A DNA stretch of 59,687 nucleotides, counting the filler, from Catajapyx aquilonaris (taxonomy: Eukaryota): NCBI GenBank assembly GCA_000934665.2. It is 3 parts of 3 records of this genome, joined end to end, with 100 filler letters (N's around TTAATTAATTAA, not from the genome) between each part and the next. Parts side by side here need not be neighbours in the genome. Positions count along the whole stretch, not along the records: positions 19,933 to 39,762 come from JYFJ02006385.1; 2 more parts are not named here. One strand, given 5' to 3'. Position 1 is the first letter of the stretch, and each line of letters begins with the position of its first letter. The position numbers and the translations under genes were made by a program. Positions 21,965-33,473 of the stretch are shown here, in pieces. Below the pieces are notes generated by a model, which was not told where the DNA came from, ran no database searches, and worked only from the letters and a program-made list of their open reading frames with translations.

Positions 21965-22492
21965 CAGTAAAACTTCTATAAGTCGAATCTCCATGGGGCC
22001 AGGAAAAAACTTCGAGTTATGGAAGATTCGAGTTAGAGAAGTTTGCATTTTTTTAAGCACAGAACTCTATAAGGTTATGTCCAGCAACGAAAGGTGTTCA
22101 AAGCTTAAAAATAATTGCACTATCACACTTAACAATGTTTCTCATTGTTTTGTTGTAAAAAAAAATCTCGGTTATGGTCATTCGGCTACTCTTAGACTCA
22201 AGGATTCAATTGTCACAATCGATTCAAACACTTCTTTGGTTACGTCTGGTAGACGGCGATCAGGAAATTGAGCCTATCTCTACATGTGGCCTACTCTCGA
22301 CCCTTCATCTGGGAAATGAGAAAAAAATTTCCAGACTTGCAACATGAACTTCGACTTAGGGAGACTGAAAATGCATTGACATCCCATCGAAAGGTCCTGC
22401 CTGCTCTTCAAGTTCGGGAAGTTTATTTCCTATTATTTTGCATTGTGACCAAGCAAGCTCATCATTTTCTTCGACTTATGGAAGTTTTACTG
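21965..22492. mobile_element. pogo/Tigger-like MITE
   Basis: TA|CAGTAAAACTTCTATAAGTCGAA ... TTCGACTTATGGAAGTTTTACTG|TA. Confidence 0.85.
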
Positions 22493-22499
22493 TATATTA

Positions 22500-22731
22500 C
22501 ATGGGTCGAATTTTAACATTTTTGTCCAGATTCAAAGTTTGCACTCCCGACTTTAATCTGGAGTGCAAATCGCTTACTTGGGAGTGCTTCATTTTTAATT
22601 TCTTGGTATAGCCATGTTTAAAAGCAGAGCCAATTGGAGTGCAAACTTTGCATTCCAAGGCTCAGTTTGGAGTGCAGCTAACAATTTTGGAGTGCAAATT
22701 GCACCTTTGCATCCTAATATTTCGACCCCTG
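22500..22731. mobile_element. hAT-type MITE
   Basis: CATGGGTCGAA ... TTCGACCCCTG, 8-bp TSD GTATATTr, repeated TGGAGTGCAAA motifs. Confidence 0.75.
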
Positions 22732-22833
22732 GTATATTGCATACCCATTTTGGTACAAGTAATTGACGCAAACAGGTGCCAATTGGAACTTTGATCTGCT
22801 CCCTTGTCTTGGAAATTGCAATTTAAAAATTAC

Positions 22834-23552
22834 CTGTGAATGTACAGCTCCCTGTTGTTTGGCAAGTCATAGTTGATGACAAGGGAGACTTGCTGCACAT
22901 CAATGCCCCTGGCCCAAACATCAGTGGTGATGAGGACCCTGGTGTGCCCTGACCGGTACTCCTTCATAATAGCATCCCTCTCCTTCTGTGGCATGTCTCC
23001 ATGCATGGAGGACACTGTAAAGTTGGCTTCCCTCATCTTCTCTGTCAGCCAATCTACCTTGCGCTTTGTGTTGCAAAAGATGACAGCCTGGGTGATGGTC
23101 AGGGTGTCATACAGGTCACATAGTGTGTCAAACTTCCACTCCTCCCGTTCCACTGCCACGAAGAACTGCTTAATCCCCTCCAGGGTCAACTCATCACGCT
23201 TCACCAGGATCCGCACTGGGTCTGTCATAAACTTGCTGGTCATCTCCAGAATTTCATGCGGGAGTGTAGCTGAGATGAGTACCACTTGGGTAGCTGGAGG
23301 AAGGTAACGGTAGACATCATAGATCTGCTCCTTGAATCCCTTATTTAGCATCTCATCTGCCTCATCTAGCACCAACATCCGGATGGAGCGAGTACGAAGT
23401 ACACGCCGCCGAATCATGTCAAATACTCTTCCAGGGGTACCAGACACCACATGCTGGCCATAGTCAAGCTTGCGGATGTCCTCACCAAGGTTGGTCCCGC
23501 CAATGCAAGCATGGCACTGTACATTCATGTAGTCTCCTAGGGCCAAAACCAC
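22834..23552 (-). CDS. EIF4A3: eIF4A-III coding exon 3
   Basis: 719 nt, cccag/gtaat boundaries. TPGRV, DEAD, SAT and DVWARGID motifs; the W in the last is typical of eIF4A3. Confidence 0.98.
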
Positions 23553-24527
23553 CTGGGAAGGCAAGTGGCATTTTCCTTTAGATTATCTTTACCTAGGTTT
23601 TTGCTAAAGTCATATTAATAACAGGGTAACACCAAGCTTTCCCACCAAGATCATGTGAACCTTCATAATCATGTATGCACAATATCCTCATTGATCTTTT
23701 CCTTTTTCTACCATACTGTATGTCCAGGATAATATTGGGTAGTATAGAATGCCAGAGAAGAATGACTGCTATGCATAACTGATGTTCCAAAAAGGAAGGA
23801 TCTCTGTTGTTGGCAGCTCATGCATGAAAATATTCATTCATAGCAACTAGTAGTAACTGATAACCAGCTTTGAAATCCATTCCAAATTAATTAACTGACT
23901 ACACTTCATATAAGCCACAGAGTAACTAACCTGGTACCTGCAATATGAAAGCTTGATACACTATAGCAGGCCCCACTTATCCTTGGGTTCATTATCCGTG
24001 GTTTGAAAATGTTAAATAAACATTAATAAAAAATCAACTTTAAAAAGTCCAACACATTTTTAGTACATAGTCGCATAACTCATATTTTATTGTTAATATT
24101 GTGTTTGCTGTGTTAATTGCATAATGTGTAAATTAAACCTATCATAGGTATGTATGAATGTTAAAAAACACATTATTCAGGGTATTTACTTAGTACAATA
24201 GCAGGTAAACTGGCAGTCAGTGTATTCCTTGGCCCAAAACAAGTCAAAAATGAAGGGGGGAGAAATGTTGGGGGAGTAACCATTGACGACATAGACAATG
24301 ATGGAGATTTGTGAACCCTGAGACCAATGGATTGACCCACCAACAGCTTTTCTGTGGGGAAGGCAGCAAACCACTATACTCCAGATAGTGCAGCGGTTGT
24401 CTAAGTGTCAGGATGTGACTCCGATATTGATGACTGGTAAGAGAGGTGACCTTGCCAGATCCCGTAGTTCATCCTGTGCAGACTGAAATGAATGCATCTA
24501 TGGGCAAACTAAATGGAAGATAAGGTA

Positions 24528-25022
24528 CCATATTTACGCGCATATAAAACACACATGCGCATAAGACGCACCCCGGTTTTGAGGCGAAAAATCGTGGAAA
24601 ATCGGTTGTTGACTTATATAAGCCGCACGCAGATTTATTGCCGTAGTTTGGGAACTGGTCTCGAGCTGCTGGCAGCAACCTCGTGTGCAATGCATGTGCG
24701 TGTGGAATCCATTAGAATCCAGTAAAGGGTGGGGGGGGGGGGGGGGNGCAAGTGGAAAATGGGACAATGCTACGCATCTGAAACGTATAGGTAGCAAGGT
24801 CACACCGGAATTGTGCACATGTATGGACGGCCGAGGAGAGCGATGATGACTGATTCGAACGTGCGATGTTTTTAAATTTTTCAATAAACGATTTTCACGA
24901 TTTCTCACAGGTTTCACCCGTTGTGCCCTGCCGTATAAGACGCACACGCGTATAAGACGCACCCTACATTTTGACCTACAAAAATCGGAAAAAAGGTGCG
25001 TCTTATCTGCGCGTAAATGCGG
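24528..25022. mobile_element. pogo-type MITE
   Basis: TA|CCATATTTACGCGCATATAA ... TTATCTGCGCGTAAATGCGG|TA, with internal TATAAGACGCAC repeats. Confidence 0.75.
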
Positions 25023-25242
25023 TATTGAAGTTCGGTGAAAGCCAAATTAGTGACTGATTATCACAGCACTGGGGAAAGGAATGGTCAGGCCAAGTGCTCA
25101 AAACATCCCACCAATGGGAAGAGAGTCAACTTGGACATTGTTGTCACTAGCATGTAACTGCATGTCCACCTAATGCCATGGCAAAGATTTCCAGGCAGAC
25201 AGTGAGACACAGTAACCTGTTTAAAAAGACAACAGGTACGTT

Positions 25243-26252
25243 CACACAGGCGCGAAATTCCTAGGAAAGTACTTGGAAAGTTGAATTCCAGGTTTTATCA
25301 CCTGTCCAAACGGGAAAGTACAAACTCGGAAATTCTGCCCCACGTTGGAAATAATTCCAAGTTGGAGAATGTTGGAATCTGGCCCGAACTTGGAAAGTGA
25401 GGTCACGTGACATTCGCATGCATGCACTTCACGAGCACATGCCGCCATTTCCTCCCCTCCACGGGTCCAGCCCCCCTGGACACCTCTTTGCCTCTCTGGC
25501 TCTGCCTCTCGACTGCCTTTTCCCCTTACAGCTTATACACAATCCTGAGCAAGACTCCCCAAAATTGTCGCCTTCCGAAAAACGGGTCATAATCTCCCTT
25601 TTATGGGCTGTCAATCAGAACAAGAGGAAGGCAGCCCCGCCGTAAGTCAACAGTCCAGAACAGGTGGGGCGGAAGACCTTCCAAGAATCAAAAGGGTCAT
25701 TCGGACCAGGAGTATTGTCTTCTGCCTGTCAGGGCAACTCCGCCCTCAATTCAGATTTGCCTTTCTCCTCCTTGCATTAGTTGCATAACAAGTCAACCCT
25801 TTCTCCCCAACGGCCATGGTAATATTTCTCTTTCCTGCGTATTAATTTGTGGGGATTAATTGAGGATAAATTAGTGGGGGCAAACAGCATATCGCATAGG
25901 GCCAGGAGTGGCTAGGAGTAAGGAGTGGCTAGGAGTAAGGAGTTCTCGAAGAAGTTCCACAAAGAGTGAGGGGAATTTCAGATTTATCTAGACTAAATAT
26001 CGGCAGTTTATGGAAAATTATATAAATCGATATATTGTTGCTGGCCGTGGCCGCTGTGGCGGTGGTGTGCGTTTCGGGATCTCGCCTCGTTGTTGGGATG
26101 CACGTTTCAACTGTTTTAGTCTCCGGTGGCGCCATCCAATGGAGCACACCGGAAGTACTAACCTGGCTCGTGAGGCCTGCTGCCACTGGGAAGTTGGAAA
26201 ATACTTGGAATCTACTTTCCAGCCACTTTCCTAGGAATTTCGCGACCGTGTG
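25243..26252. mobile_element. CAC...GTG-ended TIR element (Chapaev/Transib-like, unclassified)
   Basis: CACACAGGCGCGAAATTCCTAGGAAAGT vs ACTTTCCTAGGAATTTCGCGACCGTGTG; subterminal TTGGAA repeats; no clear TSD. Confidence 0.65.
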
Positions 26253-27164
26253 CCTGAAGTTAAGAGTAATTTAATGCCAATCGAGACTTCAATGTACCAG
26301 CCCCATTGAAACATGAGCTGTACTCAGAACAGTGACGGCTTGTACCCGTACTTAAATGTTGCAGGCTACATGATGAAAAGCCTGTGATGGATACAGCCTC
26401 ACTGCAAGGATTTAATTCACAATCATGATATTTGACTTCAAGTTATCAATAATGGGCACTTGACCATGCACAATACAAAATACGTCCTAAGGGAGCATGA
26501 GACAGCAGAAGGCAACATGCTGGCATTCACGAATGCAGAGTACGCTAGCATGCACCTGGCACTTGATGTAAAAAAAAATTCAGCTTTCACTGAACTTCAA
26601 TATCCCATCTGCCATTTAGTGTGCATAGAGATGCATTCATTTCATTCTGCTTGGAATGAACTAATGAAATCTGGCAAGGTCACCTCTTTTCCCAGCCATC
26701 AATATCAGGATTACATCCTGACACTTACTATCCTATCCGTAGTGTAGCAGTTTGCTGCCTTCCCCACAGCAAAGCTGGTGGGTGGATGCATTTGTCTCAA
26801 GGGCACTCAAATCTCTGTTGTCTAGGTCGTCAACAGTTGATCCCTCGACATTCCCCCCGCCCTACATTTTTGAATTGTTTTGGGCCAAGGAATACACTTG
26901 ACTGCCAGCTGACCTAACTACTGTAGTACGAAACACCCTGTATACTGTATAGGGTTCAGTTTACCCACTAGTTTCACTTTTCCACAGGAGGACTTGGAAT
27001 CAATTACCAGTGGATAATTGGGGCCTGCTGTATTTTCCATTGCCAAATATGTGGTTGTCTTTTTGTGAATGGCAGCCTCTATATTCAAAAAAGCCTGGTT
27101 ATATTATATCAATGCAAATTACGGGAAAATCTCCAATTACATGTAGTATACACAACATATTATA

Positions 27165-27603
27165 CAGGGTGAAGGGAAACTCGCGGACAATCGCCAGGTA
27201 AACTTATAGTACTCGCAAAACTAATATAGGGACGTGCAATTAGTTTTTGGCTCTGTTGCGTAGTTAATGCGTATGGCGCCCTTAAAGTGTAGAGGGCCGG
27301 ATGGTGGAATATGAGGCAAAAACAACAAAGTGCATGAGTGTCATACCTGGATTCTTACTCTGACGGGATTTGATCGCTTTTCACACATGGATGTGTTATG
27401 TGACCAAGGCAAGGGACCGGAGGTCCTCGAACTGACTTTTGCTTCTTTGAAGCTGGCGGAACGGATGTGACGCCACAAAACTTTGGCGGCGCCGTACGCA
27501 TTAACGACGCAATGGCGGCCAAAACTAATTGCACATCCCTATATTAGTTTTACAAGTACTATCAGTCTACCTGGCGATAGTCCGCGAGTTTCCCTTCACC
27601 CAG
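27165..27603. mobile_element. mariner-type MITE, complete
   Basis: TA|CAGGGTGAAGGGAAACTCGCGGAC ... GTCCGCGAGTTTCCCTTCACCCAG|TA. Confidence 0.88.
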
Positions 27604-27729
27604 TATATTTTCCATTAATTTGAGTTGAAGCAACCTGCTGTAAAGTTTGATGTATCAATTTCCAGAAGGTTTTATCCAGTTATCCTGAAAATCCAAAGTT
27701 TTATGTGGCATTAAAAAGTGGCTGCTTAC

Positions 27730-27932
27730 CTTCTGTATTTGAACAGCTAACTCACGAGTTGGTGAGAGGGCAAGCACTTGCGTCTCCCGCACCTGGGTAT
27801 CCAGAGACTGCAACACAGCTATGGAGAAGGTAGCTGTCTTCCCTGTGCCTGATTGTGCCTGGGCAATGACATCCCTGCCAACTATGATGGGCTTCACAGA
27901 TCGCTGCTGGATGGCAGATGGTTTTTCAAAGC
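27730..27932 (-). CDS. EIF4A3: eIF4A-III coding exon 2 ([11 protein letters not shown]...AQSGTGKT...[12 protein letters not shown])
   Basis: 203 nt, cacag/gtaag boundaries. Q motif, Walker A and motif Ia. Confidence 0.98.
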
Positions 27933-28896
27933 CTGTGTGAAGTACAGTATGTGTGTCAGATACCTCATAGCAATAACAAATTAGATAAACTGACCCAACC
28001 TGCAGGTTACTGTAAATGAATAATTTATCCTATATTTAGAGGGCTGAAATTACAAGTAGACCAAGTCCATTTTTTGAATATAGGGTATGGCCCGTTATAC
28101 CCCCTTGCCCTTTTCCCGCTCTTCCACCAAAAAAGAATGCAGTGAGACCAACAGATGTAAGTGAGTCGGGGGGAAATGAAAGTCGAGGAGGCCAAACAGT
28201 TCACAATGAGAACGCTGCCTTCCCCATTCCAGATAGGTCAATGATTACGGTGCTGAATGCCTTTTCAGCTTTCAGCAATTTTTTCTCTCTATCAAGTGCC
28301 ATGCTTGTATAAAGCAGGGGGACCAGCAGGGGAGGTGGCCTGTCACTGTCAAGGGGGAAAATTTTTGTGGTATCCTCCTTCCCTGGAAAATCCTTAGATA
28401 TATTATTGTAACCACTATTTAATGTAGAAAGCTTATCACTAGTCCCCTTTCATCTCAATGCCACCCAAGAGCCACCAGCACCTGCCCGATATCCCTCTAA
28501 ACATGGCTGCCACGTTTGGAACTGACGATCAAATAGGCTTAACCCGCCTGAAAGGCAACTTCCGCTTGTGCCTTCCTGTGTATGGTCATGCCAGACGAGC
28601 AATGTGGCAGGTCATTATTACAATTCGTTCATTATTGCTGGCTACCTCTTTGATCAGAAACAGACTATAATTAAATCAATGAATTACCTTTGCAACACAC
28701 CCTGGGCTTAGGACTACACACTAGTCATTTTCCTACTAAAATGTGTGTATCTTCAGTAATCATATGCAAGCGAAACCAGACATTAACCAATGCTTGAAAA
28801 CATTAAGTGAATTATACCCCAGATTTGAGACACATGGTATGACCATGTCCATGCAAGGTTATTCACAACTGTTAGTGTGCACACTCCATTTCATAC

Positions 28897-29074
28897 CATA
28901 TGCATAAATTCCTCGCAGCAGATCCTCCCTCAGCCCCATGTTGTCGAAAGTCGGGATAACCTGCACATCTTCGCTTGTTTCGAACTCCACATTTGAGAGG
29001 TCCTCGGTATCCAGCACACGCCGGTTCCGAGACCCACCCTTCAACGGTGCAGACGCTCCTGGCGATCCACTCAT
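28897..29074 (-). CDS. EIF4A3: eIF4A-III coding exon 1 (MSGSPGAS...[31 protein letters not shown])
   Basis: ATG at 29074, gtatga donor. The four exons total 1245 nt = 414 aa + stop. A likely acceptor at 29083-29084 suggests an upstream UTR exon. Confidence 0.95.
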
Positions 29075-29099
29075 TGTTCTACCTGTCGTACAAAGTAAG

Positions 29100-29420
29100 T
29101 GCAAGCCGATGAGCAAAAAGCCGGATTAGCGAACGACGAACGACGACGGCAAGGAAGATATCGCCGCTTGTACGCCACCAGCACGCCACCAAAGCCGCCA
29201 AATGCTGGAACCAAGATGGCGTTGATGAGTAAGTGCCGAGGGGAAGTAACAGGGGGTTGGGTCCGCTAGATGACGCGCTCATTACCTCTTGTCACGCCTC
29301 TTGTGTCCAACTCTCGAACCATGATCCGAACCGCTCCGACCTCCGAATGTTGGGATTTCAGGTGGACTACCATGAACCATGTCCCCCGCGTCACTTTCGC
29401 AACTTCTTCAGTAACTTATT
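29100..29420. promoter_or_regulatory. CpG-rich 5' region or promoter of EIF4A3
   Basis: Local CpG enrichment just upstream of the ATG. CAAGATGGCG (YY1/Pho-type) at 29212-29221. Candidate minus-strand donor GAG|GTAATG at 29285/29286. Confidence 0.55.
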
Positions 29421-30102
29421 TATTACAACATTCTTCTAATTCAACATCTCCTTGTCAAGTCATGGGTTTTATTCCGATCCTCTTCTTCTATTAGATTTAG
29501 TTTTCACCAAGTTATGGCTCCTTAGTGCATAGTTTCATTTAAACATCATTATCTCATAATACTGTACAATAATTCCACATCTAACTCATCCCATTTTTTT
29601 CTACTTGTAACTCAAAATTTAATGGCTCGAAAACACCCTGTTTATCATCTTTGTGTGACCACAACAATTTCACCATAGGCTCTAGAGTTTAAGTTAGACT
29701 TTGCGGGTGTCAAAAAATTATTCATAATGCAGATATGGTCCCAATATTATCCTCAACCTTACCCCAGATATACCGGGAAAAATTTTTGTTGATTTTTTGA
29801 ACTTTTTTTGTTCCCTATACAATATTATATGGGATGCTAGGAAAATGTAACCTAGTATGGGTATAATAGTTGCTGATTTACATTATCATGGCGACAGTGA
29901 CATTCAGCAATATCCATAGTTTCATAATATAACTAATGATTGATTGTTGTCGATTGCAATGCCATGGAAACAGGCCGTGCAAAGAAGGCGTTGTAATTTA
30001 GTCACAATCAGCCCCCGGTTACTTTTTCTTATCTTTTTTACGTTACCCCATTGCATTGGAGAGAACGGTGCTCTTTTAGGGGGTGGAAACCACTGTAAAT
30101 TC

Positions 30103-30127
30103 TATTATTATTATTATTATTATTATT

Positions 30128-30172
<45 letters not shown>
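30103..30172. repeat. (ATT)n(GTT)n compound microsatellite, tail of the adjacent SINE
   Basis: Visible directly in the sequence. Confidence 0.95.
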
Positions 30173-30356
30173 CCTTCACCACCGGTGCAAGGACGAGGGG
30201 GCATGGGGGGTGGGCGGTTTTGGGGACGGGACATGGGTACAGGTGCAATGTCGGAAAGTGGGTCATGTCAACGCTCAGTGGGTCATGTCAACGCTCAATG
30301 GGTCATGTGCAGTCCCCCACGGGGCTGGGTTACCAGACGCCTCCAAAAGGTGCGGG
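30173..30356 (-). mobile_element. Truncated SINE related to family C
   Basis: Reverse-complement similarity to 12873-13020 (CCGGTGCAAGG, GTGCAATGTC, CCAGACrCCTCCAAA). Confidence 0.7.
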
Positions 30357-30762
30357 TGATTGATATTTCGAACATTTCGTAATATTTCCGGTCTAATGGA
30401 GCACCAGGCCGTGATTTCCCATTAAATTTGCTTGAAGACGCCGTCAAAAATGGGGATTTGGAGTTTTACGAATGTTACGAGTTGACCTCTGCCCCCCTCA
30501 AAAAGTGGTCATTTTGAGCAGGTAACTTTACTCGTAGGTGGGTGTTTCATCCGTTGGGGTGGGCTACCGAATACCGATATGTACCGAATTTGAAGAAAAT
30601 TGGAGTTGGAGAGTGTCCCTTGAATTCGAGAGGTCATAACTTTTGGCCTTGTATCGTTCCGCATAAACGGTTTGCATTTTGTTTAATAACTAACCTGCCT
30701 ATATTATTGTGCCAAGTTTCATTCAGCAACAGCTCCATTTACAACACGTCACAGTTCCCTTG

Positions 30763-31250
30763 TCAGTGCCCGGATTTACAGCCCCCCCCCNGGCCGCCCT
30801 AGGCAGTTGAGATCCCCCCTCCCCGATGCCGCTTAAAAAGTCGATTTTTCTATTGAGTACTCTCCTTCATGTCATTTTAACTTATTTAAAAATTTACATT
30901 TTAACTTATGGCCGCCACCTGAGGGCGGCCTCCCTTAGGCTTTTCTACACTTTTCTGCCTTGTGGCAAATCCGGCGCTGGGAATCCCCCCTGCGAAAACT
31001 TTGAATTATTTACTGATTTCGCATTTATTTCCTATTATTTTGACAAATATTTATTGCAACTCGCGGCCCCTCATAGGAAATTATTCCCTACTCTGCCTAT
31101 TGGTAAATCCGGCGCTGCTTTCAGTCGCGTAATTATTTATTATTACGGTAATTCTTCGTTTACTTTTTTTTGTATGCCTATTTGCCGCCCCTTGAAATCT
31201 GCCACCATAGGCAACTGCCTATAAGTTGTCTTGCCGTAAATCCGGCGCCG
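30763..31250. mobile_element. hAT-like MITE
   Basis: CAGTGCCCGGATTTAC ... GTAAATCCGGCGCCG, with internal AAATCCGGCGCTG copies. Confidence 0.55.
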
Positions 31251-31344
31251 AGTGCGCTAACACTCGCTCCTAAAATAGAGTTTTGAAGTGTATTTACTTG
31301 GAAAATCCGAGCTAGTATACTGTACTTGTATCATACACTACTAT

Positions 31345-31512
31345 CATTCAGTACCACCCAAAGTCAAAGACTCAATAGCATTTTGTGCCTCTGGTATTGT
31401 TACCGTGTCCAGTGATTCTCTACTATTGTTCAGTAAACTGTTGCTAAAATGACGGGCTCTTAAGTCGAGATTTTTCGAGGTAAGACGAGCATTGAAGTCT
31501 CCTAGTAACGTT
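31345..31512 (-). pseudogene. Decayed LINE apurinic-endonuclease fragment
   Basis: Translates ITLLGDFNARL...SRESLDTVT, then (with a frameshift) NTRG. GDFNA and N-x-RG are LINE endonuclease motifs. Confidence 0.65.
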
Positions 31513-31642
31513 ATTCAATCCAGCTCGTTATTACAGTTTCAATACACTGTAGATGTGGAAGTAGAGAATGAAACTTTTTATTTGGATGCAGATACATTAA
31601 AGATTAAACCAATATTATGATTCGCCAAATGTGAGACCTATA

Positions 31643-32544
31643 TCCTCCTGAGACCTGGTGTCGACATATGTAGACATCAGCAAAAGATTTTTTTGGCGCC
31701 AACCAGTGATGCCAACAGAACTGTAATAGGCTGGTATCCCATGGTTACAATCTGGCCTCAATAGCTGTAGCCACCTAGCGTCGAATATCTGGCTTGGGCC
31801 GCGAAAATTAAATCGCGGACAAAATGGCGGAGTCTGCTGCTGAAGCTTAGGCGCTCATCTGATAAGTTTTATTTTTTTTACTCATATTTAGAATGCGATT
31901 TTCGCAATGCAGTGAATGTCCTGGGATTCGCAAGGAATGTGTCTTAGGAACTGCGAAAAGATGATTCTGTGACAATCTTTGTTTCTGTAGAGAACTGGTC
32001 ATTTTCTTTTCTTCCTGAGACAAAATGTCCATTTAAATGGACATCCGAAAAATGACATTTTTAGCTGAATGGGTGTGACTTTTCTTTACGTGCCTGTACC
32101 TATATACACCCATAAGGAAGTGGGCTTTGCACTATGCTGTTCAGTTTTGAAATCTAGAATAGCAAGGTACCACTTTAGCGGGTAAGAAGGGAAGGAGCAA
32201 GCCCCATGCCTGGAGTGGTGGCCTTAAAAAATGATTTAATTTATCTTTAATTGTCTTCTGAGAGGAATTGCTACCACTAATTCCACAAATTAATTTTAAA
32301 AACATTGTTTGGAGGATCGAGCACTATGTGAGTGATCCATTAAGTGGTATTTCAATTTTCAGCTTTCATCCGTTCTGCTTTTGTATCACCAATTGGGTCC
32401 TAATGTTCCCATTGGTTGTTTGTCGCCATTTTTGTCGATATTTTAAAACTAAATTTTTTTTCTTGTTTCTTATTGGGAACATGTTCAGAAAATGCAATAG
32501 GAACTGACATTGCGTTAAAAAATTCTTCTCAGGTCTCAGGAGGA
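31643..32544. mobile_element. Unclassified TIR DNA element
   Basis: TATA|TCCTCCTGAGACCTG ... CAGGTCTCAGGAGGA|TATA. Second copy at 19417-19832. Confidence 0.85.
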
Positions 32545-32725
32545 TATAGTGGGCCTATTGTGGAGATAAAAATTGGATACTGAGAATTTCCAGTTTTGGA
32601 GTCAAATTAGCATTCATATATGGTGTATGTTAATATCAGGTGTACTGTACATTTTGTGTGCACTTTTACGACTGGAACCAGGACACGGCATTTTGTAAAT
32701 GCGAAGTAGTTACATTTTTAGAAGA

Positions 32726-32960
32726 GTGACACAGTGGTTATCGCCACAACATTTTATTCACCCCTCAGTTCCTGCTGAGTTCGATCCCCGAGTCGGACAG
32801 AGGAGTTTCTAATGTGGAAAGATTTTCTCGGAGTTCTCGTGTTTCCTCCCATTATCAAAATCGATCACAGTACGTCAATGAATAAAGTCGGTCAATTAAA
32901 AGATGATCCCCTATAAGGTACTTGTAGGCATCTCACTCGGTAAAAAATTATTTTTATTAT
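32726..32960 (+). mobile_element. Diverged SINE family D copy
   Basis: GAGTTCGATCCCC B box; TTTTCTCGGAGTTCTCGTGTTTCCTCCC core; ATGAATAAAGTCGG shared with the 21498-21755 copy. Confidence 0.7.
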
Positions 32961-33473
32961 ATGATATAGTTTGAGTGTTCCACGTTTCAATAGAACTATG
33001 AAATCGCAAAAATATTGTAGTATAGTCTCAATCTGCTTGTGTACAAAAAGCTGTTCCACGTGCGGAGATTTTCGAAGGAAGCAACAAGTGCATACGTGCC
33101 AATTCATTTTCGATGATAACGTGATTTTTTCCGGTGAGATGGTTCGATTACAGAAGTGACTGTAATACAAAATTTACATCCATAAATCCACGTAATTTAT
33201 ACAAATTAATTATGTAATGGCTAATTACAATTAACCATCAGCTCTCAGTAACTTCATTTTCCCTATGAATTAGCTAAAAATAACAGTCCTCACGAATGCG
33301 TTTTCTCTCCCCTTCGTAGCAGCTGGGTATACATTCTTATAATTATGGAAAAATGGAATTTATAGCCATTAATACGAAAAATAGTTAAAATAGCATATAA
33401 TGTGCTAAATACTGGCCGTTGAGGACATAGACTTGAAAGATCGTAGATTGTCGTACCGGTACAATATAGTATA

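Larger units (their letters stand above)
24178..26940. mobile_element. mariner-like element with ~200-bp imperfect TIRs
   Basis: CAGGGT...CAGTGTATTCCTTGGCCCAAAACAA vs TTGTTTTGGGCCAAGGAATACAC...CACCCTG|TA. Confidence 0.75.
23964..27030. mobile_element. Tigger-like element forming the outer shell of a nested insertion stack
   Basis: AGCAGGCCCCACTTATCC ... GGATAATTGGGGCCTGCTG|TA. Confidence 0.65.

Noticed and set aside
22873..23307. 144-aa plus-strand ORF (also 13574-13909 and 13852-14229)
   Set aside because: Antisense shadows of EIF4A3 and MED16 exons.
29944..30382. ORFs with poly-Y/C, poly-I/V and poly-L runs
   Set aside because: These are translations of an (ATT)n(GTT)n microsatellite.
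31640..31647. ATATCCT as a U12-type donor (also at ~19414)
   Set aside because: It is the terminus of a transposon, with no preceding exon.
32892..33170. ORF containing MNWHVCTCCF..., reminiscent of an RNF212/Zip3 RING start
   Set aside because: The later C-x-H-x2-C-x2-C ligands are absent, and the apparent donor lies in a SINE tail.
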